Translations under genes and position numbers: made by a program
Assembly: GCA_037190965.1 (NCBI GenBank)
Contig: JBBCKI010000007.1
Span: 1-35,074 of the forward strand
From: Chthoniobacteraceae bacterium
GTDB taxonomy: Bacteria > Verrucomicrobiota > Verrucomicrobiia > Chthoniobacterales > Chthoniobacteraceae
Direction: 5' to 3'
DNA length: 35,074 nucleotides
Notes under the pieces: model-generated
The model's input: only the letters and a program-made list of their open reading frames with translations
The model's database searches: none
Told to the model about the DNA's origin: nothing
Part shown: piece after piece, positions 29,154-35,074 of the stretch
How positions within the stretch are numbered: position 1 is the first letter of the stretch
Layout of the letters: each line of letters opens with the position of its first letter

Positions 29154-29717
29154 ATGAAATTGATGCCATTGGTCATATATTTTCTTTCCGTAAGCATGGT
29201 GTTTGCGGATGTCCTCAATCCGGTATCTGATCTGAAGAATAGATTGGGGCTTGCTGCCTCGAATATCGTATATAAATGGAGTGCAGACCTAGACGGAGAT
29301 GGGCATTCTGAAGTGTTCCTCTGCCTAAAAGAGTCTTATCAGGAAGACGTTCGAGATAGACAAGTGCCATCTTGGGATGTTTATTTTTCTGCTGGAGGCG
29401 GGAGCTATTCTCGACCGGAAGGTATTGAGGATGGAAATCCAAAGGGTATTGGATATGGCTTCCCCAAAATCGATGCCGATCAAGTGTTTGTCGGGCAAAT
29501 CTCCCAGCTTAACAAGCATGGCATCGTGACGATCCAAACTGATACTAGTCGGGATGGGAGATCGGTGGCTCGCATCTATGCCTATACGCGTGATGGAAAT
29601 AACCTCAAAGAAACCACCCTTGCTGAATATAATCCCGACCAGGGCAACGCGATTTATGACCAATATCTGGCGGACAATGTGCGAACTAAGGTTGCACTTC
29701 AAGAAATTGCGCCTTGA
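29154..29717 (+). CDS. small exported protein, putative cognate immunity protein
   Basis: Starts 4 bp after the upstream stop. Signal peptide MKLMPLVIYFLSVSMVFA, a DLDGDG motif, and low GC like the toxin tip. Confidence 0.65.
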   Translation: MKLMPLVIYFLSVSMVFADVLNPVSDLKNRLGLAASNIVYKWSADLDGDGHSEVFLCLKESYQEDVRDRQVPSWDVYFSAGGGSYSRPEGIEDGNPKGIGYGFPKIDADQVFVGQISQLNKHGIVTIQTDTSRDGRSVARIYAYTRDGNNLKETTLAEYNPDQGNAIYDQYLADNVRTKVALQEIAP

Positions 29718-29734
29718 AGAGGCCAAGCAGGGGC

Positions 29735-29861
29735 GGGGTCAGTCGACAAATTTTGACAGAAGGGCGGATGCTGGGGTGCTGGAAATGGGGGTCATGAAAT
29801 GGGTGAAATGGGGGTCAGGCGACATATCTGGGAAATGGGGGTCAGGCGACATATCTTGACA
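29735..29861 (+). repeat. orphan RAYT left end followed by the stuttered left end of a second RAYT element
   Basis: 29735 GGGGTCAGTCGACAAATTTTGACAGAAGGGCGG resembles 21301. GAAATGGG restarts at 29782, 29796, 29805 and 29832. Confidence 0.8.
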
Positions 29862-29885
29862 GGTGTGAATGAGTAAGATCTGAGA

Positions 29886-30240
29886 ATGGCACGCAGCATT
29901 CGGATCGAGTATCCTGGCGCCTTTTACCATGTAATGGCGCGGGGGAACCGCCGGGAAAGTATCTTTTTTGACGATGAAGATCGGCGCTTTTTCCTTGGAA
30001 CGCTTGCCGAAGCGTGCGGGATGACGGGATGGCGAATTCATGCGTGGGTGTTGATGGGCAATCATTATCATTTGTTAGTGGAGACGCCGGAATCGAATTT
30101 GGTGACCGGCATGCAGTGGCTGCAGAATACCTATACGAGGCGTTTCAATACCAGGCATCGGCTTTGGGGGCGGCTCTTTGGAGACTGCTACAAGGCGGTG
30201 CCGGTCGAGGAGGGTGGTTACTATTACGAATCGTTGCTCC
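29886..30240 (+). pseudogene. truncated REP-associated tyrosine transposase (RAYT, Y1/HUH)
   Basis: MARSIRIEYPGAFYHVMARGN and HUH motif NHYHL are present. It breaks at ..YESLL, just before the catalytic DYIHLNP. The rest of the ORF to 30374 is translated repeat DNA. Confidence 0.9.
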
Positions 30241-30242
30241 AA

Positions 30243-30367
30243 CAAAAAAAGGGGTCAACAAAAAAGGGGTCCAAAAAAGGGGTCTGTCAACAAATATTGA
30301 CAGAAAGGCAGCCGGTAAGCAAAAAAGGGGTCTGTCAACAAATATTGACAGAAAGGCAGCCGGTAAG
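30243..30367 (+). repeat. stuttered left end of the RAYT element, including an exact 48-bp tandem duplication
   Basis: C(A)6-7GGGGTC occurs at 30243, 30259, 30272 and 30320. 30272-30319 is identical to 30320-30367. Confidence 0.92.
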
Positions 30368-31448
30368 TAAGTAGGATTGAGATGCCGAGACAACCACGAA
30401 TCGAATATCCCGGAGCCTGCTACCATGTGATGGCGAGGGGGGACCGAAGAGAGCCTATTTTTGAGGACGCGAAGGACCGGGAAAGATTTATTGAGACGAT
30501 GGGTGAAGCGGCGGAGCGTTCAGGGTGGAAGATTTATGCCTGGGTATTGATGGATAATCATTACCATTGGGCGATCGAGACGCCGGAGGCCAACTTGGCC
30601 GCAGGGATGAAATGGTTTCAAAACACCTATACCCGTCGAATCAACAGCCGGCATGGAAAATGGGGTCATCTTTTCGGAGGGCGCTACAAGGCGATTTCGG
30701 TTCAGAACGAAAAAAATTCGGGAAGAGGAGGGGGCGAATATCTATGCGCACTCCTTGATTATATCCATCTCAATCCCGTGCGCGCAGGCTTGGTTAACAG
30801 CAAAAATGGGTTGGGTTTATTGGAATATCCCTGGAGTAGTTTAAGCCAAGGCTATGCGGTGGCAGAAAGAGACCGGGAGTTGTGGATGGCGGTTAAGGAG
30901 GGGTTGGCTCTTTTTGGCTTCGAGGATCGGGCGAAAGATCGACGGCATTTTATCGAAAGACTGGAGGATCGGGCAGAGAAAGAGGCTTCTCAGGCGGGTG
31001 CGCTCCCTTTGCCTGGCCAAGGGCGCCAGAGCACATTGGAACGCGGATGGTATTGGGGGAATGAAGAATTTCGAGAGAAGCTGATATCGTTATGCAAGAC
31101 GAACTCCGCCTCCAACCGAAACTATCGGAGCAGCCCCATTGGAAAGGAGCAGGAGCGAAGAACAGCGGAGGAATGGATCGAAGTCGGAAAAGCCCATTTT
31201 AGATTGGATCTTCCATCTGAAGGGCGTCAGCACCACCGCGAACGCGTTGCGATTGCCTGGGCGCTGCATCGGAGGACAAACCAGGCGCAAAAATGGATTG
31301 CGGAAAAGTTGGGCCTTCACAGCGCAGCCAATGTGAGTCAGCAGGTAAGACGGTTTCAACTTGAGACAGATGAATCCACCAAGGTTGGAACATTTAACAA
31401 GGCCGTTTCAAAATGGATCTCATATGTCAAAAATTGTTGACAGACCCC
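30327..31448 (+). mobile_element. RAYT element bounded by inverted repeats
   Basis: Left GGGGTCTGTCAACAAATATTGACA; right TGTCAAAAATTGTTGACAGACCCC (reverse complement GGGGTCTGTCAACAATTTTTGACA). Each contains a TGTCAA/TTGACA hairpin. Confidence 0.85.
30382..31440 (+). CDS. REP-associated tyrosine transposase (RAYT, IS200-like Y1/HUH) with C-terminal HTH-like extension
   Basis: YHVMARG, HUH motif NHYHW, GHLFGGRYKA, catalytic DYIHLNPVRAG, YPWSS. Confidence 0.93.
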   Translation: MPRQPRIEYPGACYHVMARGDRREPIFEDAKDRERFIETMGEAAERSGWKIYAWVLMDNHYHWAIETPEANLAAGMKWFQNTYTRRINSRHGKWGHLFGGRYKAISVQNEKNSGRGGGEYLCALLDYIHLNPVRAGLVNSKNGLGLLEYPWSSLSQGYAVAERDRELWMAVKEGLALFGFEDRAKDRRHFIERLEDRAEKEASQAGALPLPGQGRQSTLERGWYWGNEEFREKLISLCKTNSASNRNYRSSPIGKEQERRTAEEWIEVGKAHFRLDLPSEGRQHHRERVAIAWALHRRTNQAQKWIAEKLGLHSAANVSQQVRRFQLETDESTKVGTFNKAVSKWISYVKNC

Positions 31449-31455
31449 TTTTCTT

Positions 31456-34455
31456 CTTGATACCGATGGAAGTGGTACTATCAACAGCGACGATCGTCGA
31501 ACAAAGACGATTCGAAGCGTCGTTTCGGGGCCGTTAATCCGCACCGTAACCCAGCAAGGGGGAGATTCGGGCTACATTACAGTCAGCACCATTGATGCGA
31601 GCCCGAACGGTCGATACCAGAAGGTAACCCAGCACGGGCTTGAGACCGTCTCACAGACCACCTATGAGAGCAACGGGGATAGCACCCAGGTGACGACGCA
31701 TCCCGATGGCTTGACCAGCACCACCGAATATGAGAACGGACGCCCCGTTACAAGCGAACGTAAAGCCAACGGAGGCGCAGTCGTCGCGTCGACGTCTTAC
31801 GAGTATGATCCACACGGGCGGCTTTGGAAACAGACTGACGGCCGAGTAGGTACGCAGACCATTTACACCTACAACGACGCCGACCAAACCACCTCCGTCA
31901 ATGCAGGAGGCATGGTCACCAGCTACACCCACAATGACCTCGGGCAGGTCATTACCGAAACCCTGCCAGGAAGTGGCCGTACCATCATCCGCACCTACCT
32001 GCCAACAGGAGAGGCGCTCACTGAAGAAGGCAGCGCCACCTACCCGATCACCTATACCTACGATCCACAAGGCCGTCGTCGCACAATGGTCACCTCCAGC
32101 GGCACCACAACGTGGAACTACAGTAGCACGCGAGGTTGGCTCACCAGCAAAGCCGACGCCCAGAGCGAAGCGACTTCTTACACCTACACCTCCGCAGGTC
32201 GCCTGAGCACCCGAACATGGGCCAGGGGCGTTGTGACCACCTACGGCTATAATGGAGCCGGTGAACTCAACTCGGTTAGTTACTCCGACGGTACCCCGGG
32301 TGTCACTTTTATCCACGACAGCCAGGGACGCCCCGTTCAAATCACCGATGCCAGCGGCACCCGAACGCTCAGCTACAACAGCGTCGGTCAACTCGAAGGC
32401 GAAAGTATCAGTGGCGGAATCCTCAACGGCGTCAGCCTCAGCGCCACCTACGACGGCCTTTTGCGGCGCAGCAGCTTCACTGCTGCCCGCAACTCTGCAA
32501 CCCTTGCGAGCAGCGCCCTCACCTATGATGGTGCATCCCGCCTCGCAACCGTCAGTTCAGGCGACCAGACCGCCGCCTACAATTACCTTGCGGGCTCAAG
32601 CCTCGTGAGCCAGATTGCCTTCAAACAAAGCGGCACCCCGGCAATGATCACGACCAAGAGCTACGACGGCCTCAATCGCCTGAGTTCGATCAGTTCCGCC
32701 CCTGCGGTGGGTGATCCCGTGTCGTACGCTTACCGGTATAACGCCGCCGGTCAACGAGATCAGATCACGCTGGCGAATGGGGATACCTGGAACTACGGCT
32801 ATAATGACCGCGGGGAGGTGACTTCCGGAAGTAAAAAGCAGGGAGGAATAACAAATCTGCTCGGTTATCAATTCGGCTATGACTTCGACGACCTTGGCAA
32901 CCGCACGAGCGCCGTCACCAACGGGCGTACGTCCACCTACAGTACGAATAGCCTCAATCAGTATACTAGCCGCACGGTTCCCAGCTACGCAGACGTAATC
33001 GGCAAAGCCAAGCCAACAACCGCAGTGACGGTCAACTCGTTGGCCGCCACCCGACAGGGTGAGGAGTATCATAAAGAGCTGAGCGTCGACAACAGCGCCG
33101 CCCCGGTTTATCTCTCGACGTCGGTCAAAGGGACCCTAGGTAGCGACACCGCTGAGGTAAATGGAAAGCTCTTTATTCCGAAGACGCCGGAAGCCTTTGC
33201 CTATGACAAGGACGGTAATCTGCTTAGCGATGGCCGTTGGACCTACGAATGGGACGGCGAAAACCGCCTCATCAGGATGGCAACTCAAGCGAGCGCCGTA
33301 ACTGCTGGGACTCCTAAGCAGAGGTTGACCTTCGCCTACGACCAACAGGGGCGCCGGATCAGTAAGAAGGTGGAGGATTGGAAGGGGAGCCGCTATCAGG
33401 AGCGGTTTACCATGCTGTTCCTTTACGATGGTTGGAATTTGGCTGCCGAAGTGCTGTCTACAGGGCCGAAGATCCGCTCGTACATGTGGGGTAGCGATCT
33501 AAGTGGTGGGACTGCTGCTGGTGGAGTAGGAGGATTGCTTTTTGTCGGACAGTATCCCGAGGGCAAAGTCTACTCAGCAGGTTATGATGGCAACGGAAAT
33601 ATCATAGGATTTTTTGATATGGAAGCAAGTGGCGACGTCGCCGCCACGTCTGAGTACGGACCCTTTGGAGAGGTCTTACAAAGGTGCGGTCGATATGGGA
33701 ATGTCAATCCATTCGGATGGTCAACGAAGCAAGCAGATTCTGAAACTGGCCTTTATTGCTATGGGTTTCGATATTATGATCAAATGAGGGCTCGTTGGAT
33801 AAGCCGAGATCCCGCGGAAGAGCAAGGCGGAGCTAATCTTTACGGCTTTCTATCGAACGACTCGCTGAATAATGTTGATTATTTGGGGCTTCGATTGGTT
33901 TGGAGTGGTACATTTGTTCACCCTGCCGGCGGGCTTTCGAATAGGGCATTTGCAGAAAATGTCGCTAGGGAGGTCACACGTATCTTCAGACAAATAGGTA
34001 TTTCTTTTGGATATGGCATACATGAGGTTCCTGATGTTATCAAAAACTCTTTCTGGCTCGACTATCAAATGAGATTCCTCTCAGGAAGCGATGGTGAGAG
34101 GGAATTGCAGTGGTTGAATCGAAATTTAGGATTTACTCGGCCAATTCTAATTGTAGAGAAGGGTATGGGGCGGTCAGGCGGCGTAGGTTACCACGGTCTT
34201 GGGGCAGTGGTTCAATATTATGCAGATCCCGTGGTAACTGCTCGACTGGTTGCGCACGAGTACTTTCACGTCAACACGGGGTTTAGGCATGGTAATTCGC
34301 GCTTTCCTGGCTGGGATACACCTGGCTTGCTAACACATCAACCAATGTCGGTTTCTGGCTATCATTCCCCCGATAAAGAAAGAATTCATTGTTCTGTCGA
34401 AAAATGGATTAAAAAAAATGGAGGAACGCCTGATCCGAAATATGTTGTCAAATGA
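31456..34455 (+). CDS. 5'-truncated RHS/YD-repeat toxin with a C-terminal HExxH metallopeptidase-like domain
   Basis: YD repeats (YDPHGR, YDPQGR, YDKDGN); core end YGFRYY..W.SRDPAEEQGGANLYGF..VDYLGL; tip HEYFHVNTGFRH. The frame is open with RHS-like sequence back to the RAYT right end, and the first in-frame start is GTG 31690. Confidence 0.9.
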   Translation, partial: LDTDGSGTINSDDRRTKTIRSVVSGPLIRTVTQQGGDSGYITVSTIDASPNGRYQKVTQHGLETVSQTTYESNGDSTQVTTHPDGLTSTTEYENGRPVTSERKANGGAVVASTSYEYDPHGRLWKQTDGRVGTQTIYTYNDADQTTSVNAGGMVTSYTHNDLGQVITETLPGSGRTIIRTYLPTGEALTEEGSATYPITYTYDPQGRRRTMVTSSGTTTWNYSSTRGWLTSKADAQSEATSYTYTSAGRLSTRTWARGVVTTYGYNGAGELNSVSYSDGTPGVTFIHDSQGRPVQITDASGTRTLSYNSVGQLEGESISGGILNGVSLSATYDGLLRRSSFTAARNSATLASSALTYDGASRLATVSSGDQTAAYNYLAGSSLVSQIAFKQSGTPAMITTKSYDGLNRLSSISSAPAVGDPVSYAYRYNAAGQRDQITLANGDTWNYGYNDRGEVTSGSKKQGGITNLLGYQFGYDFDDLGNRTSAVTNGRTSTYSTNSLNQYTSRTVPSYADVIGKAKPTTAVTVNSLAATRQGEEYHKELSVDNSAAPVYLSTSVKGTLGSDTAEVNGKLFIPKTPEAFAYDKDGNLLSDGRWTYEWDGENRLIRMATQASAVTAGTPKQRLTFAYDQQGRRISKKVEDWKGSRYQERFTMLFLYDGWNLAAEVLSTGPKIRSYMWGSDLSGGTAAGGVGGLLFVGQYPEGKVYSAGYDGNGNIIGFFDMEASGDVAATSEYGPFGEVLQRCGRYGNVNPFGWSTKQADSETGLYCYGFRYYDQMRARWISRDPAEEQGGANLYGFLSNDSLNNVDYLGLRLVWSGTFVHPAGGLSNRAFAENVAREVTRIFRQIGISFGYGIHEVPDVIKNSFWLDYQMRFLSGSDGERELQWLNRNLGFTRPILIVEKGMGRSGGVGYHGLGAVVQYYADPVVTARLVAHEYFHVNTGFRHGNSRFPGWDTPGLLTHQPMSVSGYHSPDKERIHCSVEKWIKKNGGTPDPKYVVK

Positions 34456-34456
34456 T

Positions 34457-34837
34457 ATGTATGTATTGAGAGAGGGCCTGCTTATCTCTCTGGAGGTATT
34501 TCCGGTTTTTACCAGCTTTCAGATTTTGATTGCATTAAGCTTGACTGTTTTTCTGGGGGTGGCGATATTCGGCCCTCGAAGAGGTGAAGCCTATAAGGGG
34601 CTTGTATTGTGTCTTGGTGCAATATCCTTCCTTAGCGGCTTCATTAAATTCTTAAAGGCGGTTTTGCATTGGTATCTCATTGATGTCAGAGCAGGCATAG
34701 CGAGTACAATTTGGACAAGTTATTCGTCATTTGAGTGGGCGGCGCTTCTCTTTCCAGCATTCCTCGGTTGTGTTGCGCTCTGGCTGTCGATTTGCTTTCA
34801 AATTTTCGTCCTTTTCCCATCCATCAGGAGAAAATAG
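34457..34837 (+). CDS. small multi-TM protein, putative RHS immunity protein
   Basis: ATG lies 1 bp after the RHS stop. About 3 hydrophobic segments and low GC like the toxin tip. Confidence 0.6.
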   Translation: MYVLREGLLISLEVFPVFTSFQILIALSLTVFLGVAIFGPRRGEAYKGLVLCLGAISFLSGFIKFLKAVLHWYLIDVRAGIASTIWTSYSSFEWAALLFPAFLGCVALWLSICFQIFVLFPSIRRK

Positions 34838-34886
34838 TGCAGCCAAAGCATCCGGCATACCAAATGCTGACGAAAAAATACCCCTT

Positions 34887-34935
34887 TGACAGCTTCTTTG
34901 ACAGAGAGGGGTGACAGAGAGGGGTCAAGTGTCAA
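34887..34935 (+). repeat. stuttered GGGGTC-type RAYT end
   Basis: TGACAG restarts at 34887, 34899 and 34912 (TGACAGAGAGGGG twice), followed by TCAAGTGTCAA. Confidence 0.55.
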
Positions 34936-35074
34936 CGGCGTGTTGCCCAAATCCAAAGCCTAGTTGCCTCGCGAGGTAAAAACAAGTAGCATCGCCAGCC
35001 TATGATGGGCTTGAATCAAGCGCAGACGGAACTTTGGGTGGAGCCGGTCAACCTCGCTCGGCGGGTGCCGGATG
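34934..35074 (+). mobile_element. left end and 5' start of an IS1182/IS5-like transposase (partial; ATG at 35002)
   Basis: MMGLNQAQTELWVEPVNLARRVPD.. resembles the MMG..Q.EL....L...VP.DH start of DUF772-containing transposases. It runs off the window edge after only 24 codons. Confidence 0.55.

Noticed and set aside
30243..30367. 48-bp repeats as a CRISPR array
   Set aside because: This is an exact tandem duplication without unique spacers and forms part of a RAYT end.
30241..30374. Lys-rich C-terminus of the 29886-30374 ORF
   Set aside because: It is translation of stuttered repeat DNA, not a real protein domain.

Overview
The window has two parts. The left part (1-16.9 kb) is GC-rich core chromosome: a DUF2167 membrane protein, pgi, a sensor-less histidine kinase, a sigma-54 response regulator, glnD, an MgtC-family gene, an ADP-ribosylglycohydrolase-like gene, a 1954-aa TPR protein, a secreted hypothetical protein and tRNA-Pro(UGG), with two REP/REPIN inverted-repeat pairs in intergenic spacers. 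Gene style suggests Verrucomicrobiota (inference). The right part (17.3-35 kb) is an accessory antagonism/adhesion locus. Its most striking feature is a three-gene cassette present twice. Gene 1 is a secreted fibre protein with a conserved N-terminal module, an interchangeable middle (YadA-head repeats in one copy, phage-tail-fibre motifs in the other) and a shared C-terminal tag P(E)QGDLSMGxFT, with no autotransporter barrel. Gene 2 is a secreted protein starting with three NDYAxxNxGQ(V/L)K neck-like repeats; the intact copy continues through Ca-binding, LamG and Ig-like domains to a low-GC lysozyme/transglycosylase-like tip. Gene 3 is a small putative immunity gene. Copy 1 has collapsed by an internal deletion. 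Downstream are nested RAYT (HUH/Y1) elements with GGGGTC-headed inverted ends and stuttered left ends, a 5'-truncated RHS toxin with an HExxH tip plus a candidate immunity gene, and the start of an IS1182/IS5-like transposase. All family calls come from reading motifs by eye; no database searches were run.
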